Positions 27,971-37,556 of a stretch of 64,000 nucleotides of DNA are shown piece after piece. Source of the stretch: Betaproteobacteria bacterium (GTDB lineage: Bacteria; Pseudomonadota; Gammaproteobacteria; Burkholderiales; SG8-39); NCBI GenBank assembly GCA_004298385.1, contig SCTX01000057.1:515-64514 (forward strand). The letters run 5' to 3'. How positions within the stretch are numbered: position 1 is the stretch's first letter; each line of letters begins with the position of its first letter. Under the pieces are notes generated by a model. The model ran no database searches. It was given only the letters and a program-made list of their open reading frames with translations, and had not been told where the DNA came from. The translations under genes and the position numbers were made by a program.

Positions 27971-28858
27971 TTATTTATTTACCAGCAGCGGTTTGAAATC
28001 GAGTTCGGCGCGGATTTTCTCGGCTATCGCATTGGCCTCCTTGCGGCTGCGGTAAGGACCTAGATGCAGGCGGAACAGCTTGCTGCTAACCTGGATCTGG
28101 ACCGGCTGGCCCAACCAGGAGAGCTCCTTTTGGATTTTCTGGCGAAAGCTTTCGGCATTCGCGCGCGCGGAGAAAGCGCCCAGTTGTAGATAGATGCCCG
28201 CGGTTTCGGCCGTTACCGGAATCGCCGGTTCGGTGGCAACTGGCGCTTCGGCGGGCGGCGCCGATTCGGCGAGCACGATGGCCTCCACTTCGACCGCAGC
28301 GATGCCGGATTCAGCGAAGCCGAGCTTGTAGGCCGCGGCGAACGACAGGTCCATCATGCGTCCGGAGGAAAACGGTCCGCGGTCGTTGATACGCACCACC
28401 GCCGACTTGCCGTTTTGCAGATTGGTGACGCGGGCGTAGCTCGGGACCGGCAGCGTGGGATGCGCCGCGCTCATGGCATACATGTCGTAGATTTCGCCGC
28501 TCCAGGTGCGCTGGCCGTGGAACTTGCGGCCGTACCACGAGGCCGTGCCCTGTTTCCTGTGCGCGGAAAATTCCTTCTCCGGCAGGTATTCCTTGCCGAA
28601 CACGACGTAGGGCTCGTTGGCGTGGGGGTGCAGGGGTTCGGGCTTGGGCTGGGCGTCGGCGATGGCCTCCAGATCGACCGGTGGCGCGCCGTCTGGGCCG
28701 TCGTCCTTGTAATACCCGCCGGGGCGGCGTAGCAACTGCCCAAGGGGAATGCTGGCCGGCGTCGCCGGCGCGGCCTGCGGCGCTGTGCCCTGCTGCGGCA
28801 GGCCGGCGCAGCCGCACAGCGGCAGGACCAGGCAAAGGGCGAATAGATTGTGTTTCAT
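27971..28858 (-). CDS. rlpA: Septal ring lytic transglycosylase RlpA-family lipoprotein (DPBB + SPOR), distal tandem copy
   Basis: Lipobox LPLCGC. DPBB core SWYGRKFHGQRT.SGE.YDMYAMSAAH.TLP.PSYARVTNL.NG.S..VR.NDRGPF. C-terminal SPOR domain (YLQLGAFS...FRL.LGPY). Confidence 0.9.
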   Translation of the reverse strand: MKHNLFALCLVLPLCGCAGLPQQGTAPQAAPATPASIPLGQLLRRPGGYYKDDGPDGAPPVDLEAIADAQPKPEPLHPHANEPYVVFGKEYLPEKEFSAHRKQGTASWYGRKFHGQRTWSGEIYDMYAMSAAHPTLPVPSYARVTNLQNGKSAVVRINDRGPFSSGRMMDLSFAAAYKLGFAESGIAAVEVEAIVLAESAPPAEAPVATEPAIPVTAETAGIYLQLGAFSARANAESFRQKIQKELSWLGQPVQIQVSSKLFRLHLGPYRSRKEANAIAEKIRAELDFKPLLVNK

Positions 28859-28862
28859 GCCG

Positions 28863-29945
28863 CTAACGCACTACCACGACCGGTTTGAATTGCAGCGCCT
28901 CGCGGATTTTCTCGGCCATGCCGTTGGCCTCGTCGCGGTTGCGATAGGGGCCCAGACGCAGGCGGAACATGCCGTCGCGCGAGTAAACTTGGATCGCGTC
29001 ATTGAGCCATGCGAGCTGCTGATAGACGCGGATGCGGAAATTTTCGGCGTTGTCGCGCCCGGAAAAGGCGCCAAGCTGCAGGTAGATGCCGCTCGCCTCG
29101 GCATCGACGGGAATCGTTTGCACCGGCTTGGCAGACTCGGACTGCAACGCGCTCGCCGCCGCCAGAATCGCCGGGGCCATCGCTTGCTTTTCGGCAACCG
29201 GCTGCTCTGCACTGGACCGCGGCGCCGCCGCGGTCACTGCTGGTACCGCCAGCCGCCGTCTTGCGGCGATCATGAGCAGGTCCTCGCGCGTGATGGCTTC
29301 GACCTCGACGGATGCGCTGCCGGCCCCGGCGTAGCCGAGTTTGTACGCAGCGGCGTAGGACAAATCGACCAATCGTCCGGAATGAAACGGCCCACGGTCG
29401 TTGACGCGCACGATCACGCTGCGGCCGTTGGCGAGGTTGGTCACGCGGGCGTAGCTCGGGATCGGCAGCGTCGTGTGCGCGGCGCTCATGGCGTACATGT
29501 CGTAGGGCTCGCCGCTGGAGGTGCGCTGGCCGTGGAATTTGCGGCCGTACCAACTGCCGATGCCGCGCTGCCGGTAGGGCGCGAGCGTCCGGTAGGGCAC
29601 GTACTGCAGGCCGAATACGGTGTAGGGATTGTTGGCAAAGCGGTGTAGCGGCTCGAGCCTGGGCTCGGCATCCTCGATTTGATCCAGGTTCGCCGGCGGA
29701 TTGTCGCCTGGGCCGTCGTCCTGGTAATAGCCGCCACCGCCGCCGCGCGGCGCCGTGGCGGCGGTGGCAGGCTTGGGCGCAATGACACCGGTATCGCGTT
29801 CGACCGTGGTCCGCTTGGGCGCACTGCCGCACGCGGCCAGGATCAGCGCGGCAGCGAGTGCAAGCAGAGGGCGTAGCGCAAAGAAGCCGAAGGTGTTCTT
29901 CGCGCCCCTTGCATTTCTTTGCCGAGACTGCGTTTCCCTGCTCAA
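28863..29945 (-). CDS. rlpA: RlpA-family lipoprotein (DPBB + SPOR), proximal tandem copy
   Basis: Only the C-terminal 361 codons of the 529-aa tracked ORF are credible. TTG start at 29945 overlaps the rodA stop (TTGA) and gives MSRETQ...ALRPLLALAAALILAAC (lipobox). Same DPBB and SPOR blocks as the other copy. Confidence 0.8.
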   Translation of the reverse strand: MSRETQSRQRNARGAKNTFGFFALRPLLALAAALILAACGSAPKRTTVERDTGVIAPKPATAATAPRGGGGGYYQDDGPGDNPPANLDQIEDAEPRLEPLHRFANNPYTVFGLQYVPYRTLAPYRQRGIGSWYGRKFHGQRTSSGEPYDMYAMSAAHTTLPIPSYARVTNLANGRSVIVRVNDRGPFHSGRLVDLSYAAAYKLGYAGAGSASVEVEAITREDLLMIAARRRLAVPAVTAAAPRSSAEQPVAEKQAMAPAILAAASALQSESAKPVQTIPVDAEASGIYLQLGAFSGRDNAENFRIRVYQQLAWLNDAIQVYSRDGMFRLRLGPYRNRDEANGMAEKIREALQFKPVVVVR

Positions 29946-31036
29946 GTCTGTACCAGCTTGCGGTGCCTGTGGATGCTCATCAGTATGCCGATGCCGAGGA
30001 ACAGCGTCACCAGCGCGGTGCCGCCGAAGGATACCAGCGGCAGCGGCACGCCCACCACCGGCAGGATGCCGCTGACCATGCCGACGTTGACGAAGACGTA
30101 GGTGAAAAACGTCAGCGTCACGGACCCGGCCAGGAGCCGCGCGAAAAAAGTGGGCGCATTGGCGGCGATCGTCAGGCCGCGGCCGATCAGCAGCAGGTAC
30201 AGCAGCAGCAGCAGGCAGTTGCCGATCAGGCCGAATTCCTCCGAGAATACGGCGAAGATGAAGTCGGTGGAGCGCTCCGGGATGAACTCCAGGTGCGCCT
30301 GCGTGCCTTTCAGCCAGCCCTTGCCGGCGAGCCCGCCCGAGCCGACGGCGATGACCGACTGAATAATGTGATAGCCCGCCCCCAGCGGGTCGGAGGTCGG
30401 ATCGAGCAAGGTCAGGATGCGGCGGCGCTGATAGTCGTGCATCAGCGACCACAGGAAAGGCAGGCTGGCGCAGGCTGCGAGCGCGAGGCCGATCAGAATT
30501 TTCCAGGCGAGCCCGGCGAGGAAAATTACGTAGAAACCCGCTGCCGTCACCAGCAGCGCGGTGCCCAGGTCGGGCTGGCGGGCGATCAGCAGCACCGGCG
30601 CGGCGAGCAGCAGGCTGGCGACGAAGTAGTCGCGCAGCCTCAGTGTCGCCTCGTGCTTATGAAAATACCAGGCCAACATCAGCGGCATGGCGATTTTCAT
30701 GATCTCGGAAGGCTGGATGCGGGTGAGGCCTACGTTCAGCCAGCGGCGCGCGCCGTTGACAACGTCGCCGAACAGTGCCACCGCGACGAGCAGCGCGAGG
30801 CCGAGCGCGTAGGTGGGGAGAGCGAAGCGCATCAGCGTCTGCGGCTGGAACTGCGCCACCGCCCACATCACGCCGAGCGCCACCAGGATGCTGGCCGCCT
30901 GGCCGGCGACGCGGGACGGCGTTTCGTGCGCGGCGCTCGCCAGGGTGATAATGCCAAGCAGCAGCAACGCGAATGCGAGCGCGAACAGCGGCGCATCGAT
31001 CTTGTCGATGAAGCGCAGCCACAGCGTTCTAATCAT
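29942..31036 (-). CDS. rodA: Rod shape-determining protein RodA (SEDS glycosyltransferase)
   Basis: Start at MIRTLWLRFIDKIDAPLF, overlapping the mrdA stop by 8 nt. Ten-helix SEDS topology. C-terminal GGTALV..F...GILMSI motif. Confidence 0.93.
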   Translation of the reverse strand: MIRTLWLRFIDKIDAPLFALAFALLLLGIITLASAAHETPSRVAGQAASILVALGVMWAVAQFQPQTLMRFALPTYALGLALLVAVALFGDVVNGARRWLNVGLTRIQPSEIMKIAMPLMLAWYFHKHEATLRLRDYFVASLLLAAPVLLIARQPDLGTALLVTAAGFYVIFLAGLAWKILIGLALAACASLPFLWSLMHDYQRRRILTLLDPTSDPLGAGYHIIQSVIAVGSGGLAGKGWLKGTQAHLEFIPERSTDFIFAVFSEEFGLIGNCLLLLLYLLLIGRGLTIAANAPTFFARLLAGSVTLTFFTYVFVNVGMVSGILPVVGVPLPLVSFGGTALVTLFLGIGILMSIHRHRKLVQT

Positions 31037-32927
31037 CGTCGTCGTCCCCGGGTACCTCTGCGGCAGGTTTGTCGATGCGCTTGCCGAGCAGATAATAGTC
31101 CAACACCTGGCGCGCGACCGGCGCCGCCGCACGCGCGCCGAAGCCGGCGTTTTCCACCACTACCGCGAGCGCGATCTTCGGGCTTTCCAGCGGAGCGAAG
31201 GCGATGAACAGGGCGTGATCGCGGTGGCGCTCGGCCACGCGCTTTTCGTCGTATTTCTCGTTCTGCTTCAACGCCACCACCTGCGCCGTGCCGGTCTTGC
31301 CGGCGCTGGTGTATTCGGCCTTGGCGAAGGCGCGCGCACCCGTGCCCTCGGTGTTCACGCCGGCCAGGGCGCGCTTGATGAATTCGATATGCTCCGGTTT
31401 CAGCTTAAGATCGCGCGCCACCTTGGGTTCGACCAGGGCGCGTTCGCCGCTCCTGATGTTCTCGATGTAATTGACCAGGTGCGGGCGGTAGATGACGCCG
31501 TTGTTGGCGATCGCCGCCATCGCCTGCGCCATCTGCAGCGGCGTGTAGGCGTTGTAGCCCTGGCCGATGGCGATGCTGATGGTTTCGCCGGCATACCATT
31601 TCTGTTGCTCGGGTTTCCTGAAACGTTTGCGTTTCCACTCCTGCGAAGGCAGCACGCCGGTCGCCTCGCCCTCCACGTCGATGCCGGTTTTCGCGCCGAA
31701 GCCGAATTGGCCGATGATGCGGGCGATGTTGTCGATGCCGAGGTCGTTGCCGAGCACATAGTAGTAAGTGTCGCAGGAGACGACGATGGACTTGTACATG
31801 TCGACCGTGCCGTGGCCGCCGACCTTGTCGTCGCGGAAACGGTGATTGCCGAACTGGAAAAAGCCGGGATCGTGGATCGTCTGTTGCGGCGTGCGTTTGC
31901 CCAGTTCGAGCGCGCCCAGCGCCAGGTAGGGTTTGAAGGTGGAACCGGGCGGATAGGTGCCGGCGAGCGCGCGGTTCACCATCGGGCGGTCTGGCGAAGT
32001 GTTGAGCAGCTCCCAACTGGCCGGGTCGATACCGTCGACGAACAGATTCGGATCGAAACCGGGCTTGGAGACGAAGGCCAGTATGCCGCCGGTGGCCGGC
32101 TCGATCGCCACCAGCGCGCCGCGATTTTCGCCGAAAGCCTTCTCGGCGACTTGCTGCAGGCGGATGTCCAGCGTCATCACCAGGTTGTTGCCCGAGGTGG
32201 GGGAGGTGCGCGAGAGCGTTCTCACGCCGCGCCCGCCCGAGTCCACTTCGACCTGCTCGTAGCCGGTGATGCCGTGCAGTTCGCTCTCGTAGCTTTGCTC
32301 CAGCCCGGTCTTGCCGATGTGGTCCGTGCCCTTGTAGTTGGCGGTCAGGTCCGCGTCCTCGATGTGCTGTACGTCGCGCTCGTTGATGCGGCCGATGTAG
32401 CCGACCAGGTGCGAGGCCAGTTCGTTCAGGGGATACTGCCGGAACAAGCGCGCCTGGATGTCGACACCGGGGAAGCGGTAACGGTTGACCGCGAACTTGG
32501 CCACCTCTTCGTCGCTCAGGCGCGTGCGGATGGGCAGGCTGTCTGCGCCCTTGGCTTCGATCCTCAAACGCTTGAAGCGGGTGCGGTCGCTCGCGCGGAT
32601 CTCGATGATCGCGGCCAGCTCGTCGATGGTCTTCTCCAGATCCGCGACCTTGCCCGGGAAAATCTCCAGCGTGTAGGCCGAGTAGTTACGCGCCAGCACG
32701 GTGCCGCTGCGGTCGAGAATCAGCCCTCGATTGGGCATGATGGGCACGATGGAGATACGGTTGTCCTCGGCCTTGGTGCGGTAGTAGTCGTACTGCAGTA
32801 CCTGCAGGTAGACCAGGCGCACCAGCAGCAGCGAGAAGGCGGCGAGCACGAAAATGCCGGCGATGCCGATGCGCAGCTGAAAAAAGTACAACTCGCGCTG
32901 GTGGTCCTTGAATTCGGCTAGATGCAT
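31029..32927 (-). CDS. mrdA: Penicillin-binding protein 2 (elongasome transpeptidase)
   Basis: 632 aa with an N-terminal TM anchor and motifs GSTFKP (SxxK) and GKTGTAQV (KTG). Located between mreD and rodA. Confidence 0.95.
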   Translation of the reverse strand: MHLAEFKDHQRELYFFQLRIGIAGIFVLAAFSLLLVRLVYLQVLQYDYYRTKAEDNRISIVPIMPNRGLILDRSGTVLARNYSAYTLEIFPGKVADLEKTIDELAAIIEIRASDRTRFKRLRIEAKGADSLPIRTRLSDEEVAKFAVNRYRFPGVDIQARLFRQYPLNELASHLVGYIGRINERDVQHIEDADLTANYKGTDHIGKTGLEQSYESELHGITGYEQVEVDSGGRGVRTLSRTSPTSGNNLVMTLDIRLQQVAEKAFGENRGALVAIEPATGGILAFVSKPGFDPNLFVDGIDPASWELLNTSPDRPMVNRALAGTYPPGSTFKPYLALGALELGKRTPQQTIHDPGFFQFGNHRFRDDKVGGHGTVDMYKSIVVSCDTYYYVLGNDLGIDNIARIIGQFGFGAKTGIDVEGEATGVLPSQEWKRKRFRKPEQQKWYAGETISIAIGQGYNAYTPLQMAQAMAAIANNGVIYRPHLVNYIENIRSGERALVEPKVARDLKLKPEHIEFIKRALAGVNTEGTGARAFAKAEYTSAGKTGTAQVVALKQNEKYDEKRVAERHRDHALFIAFAPLESPKIALAVVVENAGFGARAAAPVARQVLDYYLLGKRIDKPAAEVPGDDDDD

Positions 32928-32934
32928 GCTAGCG

Positions 32935-33059
32935 GCTGGAAACTAGAGACTGGAAACCGGAGAAAAGCAGCTCTTGCCGAGCATAAGGGAGCGCGTAATG
33001 TAAGGCCAGTTCGTCGAATTTCGCATGGTTTTTCCTAGTTTCTAGTCTCTAGTTTCCAG
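32935..33059 (-). repeat. Intercistronic inverted repeat H4 (about 31-nt arms, about 62-nt spacer) between the mreD stop and the mrdA start
   Basis: Arms are GCTGGAAACTAGAGACTGGAAACCGGAGAAAA and TTTTTCCTAGTTTCTAGTCTCTAGTTTCCAG. Each arm is itself made of about 14-nt tandem units (TAGTTTC(C/T)AGTCTC). Markedly A+T-rich for this genome. Confidence 0.75.
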
Positions 33060-33062
33060 TCT

Positions 33063-33584
33063 CTAGATAGGCCTATTCTCATCCATCATTTCCGCCCGCC
33101 GCTGCGGCAGCAGCAGTAGGAAGCTCAGCACCGGCCACAGCGCCGCGCAAATGAAACTGCCGGCGAAATAGGTCCAGCCGGGGAAGCCGGCGCCGGCGGC
33201 GATCCGTATCACCAGCGTCAGCACCTGCGTCGACAACAGCAGCAGCAGCAAGTGCAGCGCCTGTTGCCACAGCGGAAACCAGAGGATGCGCCGGTGCACG
33301 GCGAGGGCGAGGAAAGCGAGCACCGAGTAGCCGAGCGCGTGTTGGCCGAGCAGCGCGCCGTTGCCGACGTCGAGCAGGAGGCCCAGTGTCCAGGCGACAC
33401 CGATGCCGACCCGGCGCGGCTGGTGGATGCACCAGAAGGCGAGCACCGCGGCGGTGAGGTCCGGCACGCCCGCGCTATTGCGCCAGGGCAACAGGTTGAA
33501 CAGCAGCGCCAGCGCCACGGTCAGCACGATGAAGCTGACTTTGGCTGGCAGCAGGATGCGCTGCGCTTGCCGTTGCAGCTCCAT
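33063..33584 (-). CDS. mreD: Rod shape-determining protein MreD
   Basis: Start at MELQRQAQRILLPAKVSFIVL, 1 nt after the mreC stop. Small polytopic membrane protein in the canonical position. Confidence 0.88.
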   Translation of the reverse strand: MELQRQAQRILLPAKVSFIVLTVALALLFNLLPWRNSAGVPDLTAAVLAFWCIHQPRRVGIGVAWTLGLLLDVGNGALLGQHALGYSVLAFLALAVHRRILWFPLWQQALHLLLLLLSTQVLTLVIRIAAGAGFPGWTYFAGSFICAALWPVLSFLLLLPQRRAEMMDENRPI

Positions 33585-33585
33585 G

Positions 33586-34494
33586 TTATTCGCGCTTCCT
33601 CGAGCGCTTGCTCCTGGACGGCTTCTGCGCCGGTTGCTCGGCTTCCGCCGGCGGCGGCGCTTTGGCTTCGCCCGACAGTACCAGCAACTGGCGATAGCGC
33701 TCGGTGCCCGCGGTCGGCGCGAGGGTGATCTTGGCAAAAGCATACGCCGCGTCGCGCTCGATGCGCGCCACCGTGGCCACCGGCAGTCCCGGCGGGTAAG
33801 TGCCGTCTATGCCCGAGGTGACCAGCGTGTCGCCGTTACGGATGTCGGCATTGGCGGCCATGAAGCGCAGGTCGAGCATGCCGCCCTCGGCGCCGCCGTA
33901 GGCGACCGCGCGCAGCCCGTTTCTTTGCACCTGCAACGGGATCGCTTGGTCCTTGTCGGAGAGCAGCGTCACTTCGCTCATGAGCAGATACACGCGCGTC
34001 ACCTGGCCGATCACGCCGACGTCGTCGATCACCGGCTGGCCCGCCTGGATGCCGTTGTGCGAGCCCTTGTCGATCACCACCTTGCGCGAAAACGGGTCGC
34101 GTCCGGCGTAGAGGATCTCGGCAAACACCGATTTGCCCGGCAGCCGCTCCTGTGCTTCGAGCAAGCGGCGCAACTGATTGTTCTCCTCCTTCAGCGCCTC
34201 CAGTCGCAGCAGCTCCGGCGCAGCGCGCAGCGCTTTCGTCTTCAGCGCGGCGTTCTCCTCCTGCAGCGCCGCGGTGCTGCCGAAGTAATTGGCCACGCCG
34301 TGGAACAAGTCCACCGGCGCCATGGCGACGCGCTGTATCGGGTAGGCGGCGAACGCCACCACCTGGCGTACGCCTTCGGCATAGCGAAAGCGCGCGTCGA
34401 GCACCATCAGCAGGACGGCGAGCGAAACGAAGAAGCTGAGGCGGACCAGGGGTGCCGGGCCACGGTTGAAGAACGGTGGCGGCTGGTGTTCCAT
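33586..34494 (-). CDS. mreC: Rod shape-determining protein MreC
   Basis: N-terminal TM helix, coiled-coil (LQEENAALK...LKEENNQLRRLL), beta-barrel repeats (G..V....G.VG.V) and a Pro/Lys-rich tail. ATG at 34494 chosen; TTG at 34512 is possible. Confidence 0.9.
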   Translation of the reverse strand: MEHQPPPFFNRGPAPLVRLSFFVSLAVLLMVLDARFRYAEGVRQVVAFAAYPIQRVAMAPVDLFHGVANYFGSTAALQEENAALKTKALRAAPELLRLEALKEENNQLRRLLEAQERLPGKSVFAEILYAGRDPFSRKVVIDKGSHNGIQAGQPVIDDVGVIGQVTRVYLLMSEVTLLSDKDQAIPLQVQRNGLRAVAYGGAEGGMLDLRFMAANADIRNGDTLVTSGIDGTYPPGLPVATVARIERDAAYAFAKITLAPTAGTERYRQLLVLSGEAKAPPPAEAEQPAQKPSRSKRSRKRE

Positions 34495-34518
34495 GCGGGC
34501 GCTAACGTGCAACGGACG

Positions 34519-34579
34519 ACGGGTGATGAGTCGGGCGACGGAGCGGGCCTTTACTCATAAGCCGTCACCCATCACCGGG
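34519..34579 (-). repeat. Intercistronic hairpin H2 between the mreB stop and the mreC start
   Basis: On the minus strand, directly after the mreB TGA: CCCGGTGATGGGTGACGG...CCGTCGCCCGACTCATCACCCG. It shares the stop-proximal motif TGAA(T/C)C(G/C)GGTGATGGGTGA(G/C)GGC with H1. Confidence 0.65.
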
Positions 34580-34580
34580 T

Positions 34581-35663
<1,083 letters not shown>

Positions 35664-35705
35664 TTATAATACCGCACTTTAACGCACCGTTTGCACGCAA
35701 ATTCC

Positions 35706-35993
35706 ATGTCCTTGTCTTTGCCGGAAGTTAAGCGGGTCGCCTTGCTCGCCCGCATTGAAATTACTGCTGGCGAGGCGGAGGCGGTACAAGGCCAGTTGAA
35801 TAACATATTTAAGCTCATCGAGCAGATGCAATCGGTCGATACCCGGGGCATCACTCCAATGGCGCACGCCCAGGACGTGGCGCAACGCCTGCGCGAGGAC
35901 CGAATCACAGAAACCGACCAGCACGCACTCTACCAGTCCATCGCACCGCAGGTGGAAAATGGGCTGTACCTGGTGCCGAAGGTAATCGAATAG
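35706..35993 (+). CDS. gatC: Asp/Glu-tRNA amidotransferase subunit C
   Basis: 95 aa from [24 protein letters not shown]-terminal YLVPKVIE is typical of GatC. Confidence 0.93.
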   Translation: MSLSLPEVKRVALLARIEITAGEAEAVQGQLNNIFKLIEQMQSVDTRGITPMAHAQDVAQRLREDRITETDQHALYQSIAPQVENGLYLVPKVIE

Positions 35994-36068
35994 GGAGAAG
36001 AGAGGGGAGAGGGGGGAGGAGTGGGAGGTCGCGGTTTTTTCGCCTCCCTCCTTCCCCTCTCCCCTCCC
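35994..36068 (+). repeat. Intercistronic hairpin H3: all-purine arm against all-pyrimidine arm, between the gatC stop and the gatA start
   Basis: GGGAGAAGAGAGGGGAGAGGGGGGAGGAGTGGGAGG, loop TCGCGGTTTTTTCG, then CCTCCCTCCTTCCCCTCTCCCCTCCC. It starts 1 nt after the gatC TAG and ends 3 nt before the gatA ATG. Confidence 0.75.
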
Positions 36069-36071
36069 GCC

Positions 36072-37553
36072 ATGATCAACGCCAGCCTCAAACAGCTCTC
36101 CGCGCAGCTCGCGCAAAAGAAGATCTCCAGCGTCGAGCTGACGCAGTTTCATCTGGATCGCATCGCGCGGCTCAATCCCGGGCTTAACGCATTCGTCACC
36201 GTCGATGCCGCCAGGAGCCTGGCGCAGGCGCGCGCCGCCGACGCGCGGATTGCGGCGGGGAAGGCGCAGCCGCTAACCGGCATTCCGGTCGCGCACAAGG
36301 ACATTTTCTGCGCCAAGGGCTGGCTTACCACCTGCGGCTCTAAAATGCTCGCCAATTTTGTCAGCCCGTACGATGCGCACGTGGTAGAGCGCTTGAACGC
36401 GGCCGGAGCGGTGATCCTGGGCAAGACCAACATGGATGAGTTTGCCATGGGCTCTTCCAGCGAAACCAGCTTCTGGGGGCCGGTGAGAAATCCCTGGGAC
36501 CAGACCCGGGTTCCGGGCGGCTCCAGCGGCGGTTCGGCCGCGGCGGTGGCCGCGCGCATGGCGCCGGCGGCGATCGGCACCGATACCGGCGGCTCCATCC
36601 GCCAGCCCGCTGCTCTTTCCGGTATTTGCGGTCTCAAGCCTACCTACGGCGTGGTTTCGCGCTACGGCATGATCGCTTTCGCCTCCAGCCTGGACCAGGG
36701 CGGGCCGATGGCGAAAAGCGCGGAGGACCTCGCCCTGATGCTGAACATCATGGCGGGTTTCGATGCGCGCGACTCGACCAGCCTGGAACGGCCGGCGGAG
36801 GACTACGCGCGCGTGCTCGAGGCGCCCCCCAGGGGAGATCGCGCCAAGCCGCTCAGGGGCTTGCGCATCGGCGCGCCGAAGGAATATTTCGGCGCAGGTC
36901 TGGGCAGCGACGTCGGGGCCGCCGTGGAAGCGGCGCTCGCGCAATTCGAAAAACTGGGCGCGCAGCGCGTTGCCGTCAACCTGCCCAACGCCGCGCTGTC
37001 GGTGCCTGCCTATTACGTGATCGCACCGGCCGAAGCATCAAGCAACCTGTCGCGTTTCGACGGCGTGCGCTACGGTTATCGCGCCACCGACTACGCCGAC
37101 CTCGCCGACATGTACCGCAAAAGCCGGGCGCAGGGTTTCGGCGCCGAAGTGAAGCGGCGCATTCTCATCGGCACCTACGTGCTGTCGCACGGCTATTACG
37201 ACGCCTACTATCTAAAGGCGCAGAAAATCCGCCGTTTGATCGCCCAGGATTTCGTCCAAGCGTACGAGCAATGCGACCTGATCATGGGGCCGACCTCCCC
37301 CAATGTTGCGTTCACGCTCGGCGCCAAGGCATCCGATCCGGTCGAGATGTACCTCAATGACATCTACACCGTCGCGGCGAACCTCGCCGGCCTGCCGGCA
37401 ATGTCGATTCCCTGCGGCTTCGGCGAGGGCGGCATGCCGGTAGGGCTGCAGTTGGCCGGCAACTATTTCACCGAGGCGCGCATGCTGCAGGCCGCTCACC
37501 GGTATCAGCTTGCCACCGACTGGCATCTGCGGCAGCCGGCGGGGGTGGAGTAA
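36072..37553 (+). CDS. gatA: Asp/Glu-tRNA amidotransferase subunit A (amidase signature)
   Basis: Start at [23 protein letters not shown]. Amidase signature [12 protein letters not shown] and the catalytic K/S/S context. Confidence 0.96.
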   Translation: MINASLKQLSAQLAQKKISSVELTQFHLDRIARLNPGLNAFVTVDAARSLAQARAADARIAAGKAQPLTGIPVAHKDIFCAKGWLTTCGSKMLANFVSPYDAHVVERLNAAGAVILGKTNMDEFAMGSSSETSFWGPVRNPWDQTRVPGGSSGGSAAAVAARMAPAAIGTDTGGSIRQPAALSGICGLKPTYGVVSRYGMIAFASSLDQGGPMAKSAEDLALMLNIMAGFDARDSTSLERPAEDYARVLEAPPRGDRAKPLRGLRIGAPKEYFGAGLGSDVGAAVEAALAQFEKLGAQRVAVNLPNAALSVPAYYVIAPAEASSNLSRFDGVRYGYRATDYADLADMYRKSRAQGFGAEVKRRILIGTYVLSHGYYDAYYLKAQKIRRLIAQDFVQAYEQCDLIMGPTSPNVAFTLGAKASDPVEMYLNDIYTVAANLAGLPAMSIPCGFGEGGMPVGLQLAGNYFTEARMLQAAHRYQLATDWHLRQPAGVE

Positions 37554-37556
37554 GCG

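Noticed and set aside
29946-30452. N-terminal 169 codons of the 529-aa ORF 28863-30452
   Set aside because: This part overlaps rodA out of frame and has shadow-frame composition. The credible RlpA lipoprotein begins at the TTG overlapping the rodA stop.
29858-32921. 449-aa and 702-aa plus-strand ORFs opposite rodA and mrdA
   Set aside because: They are antisense to genes with unmistakable SEDS and PBP2 motifs and have low-complexity Arg/Gly/Ala/Asp-rich translations.
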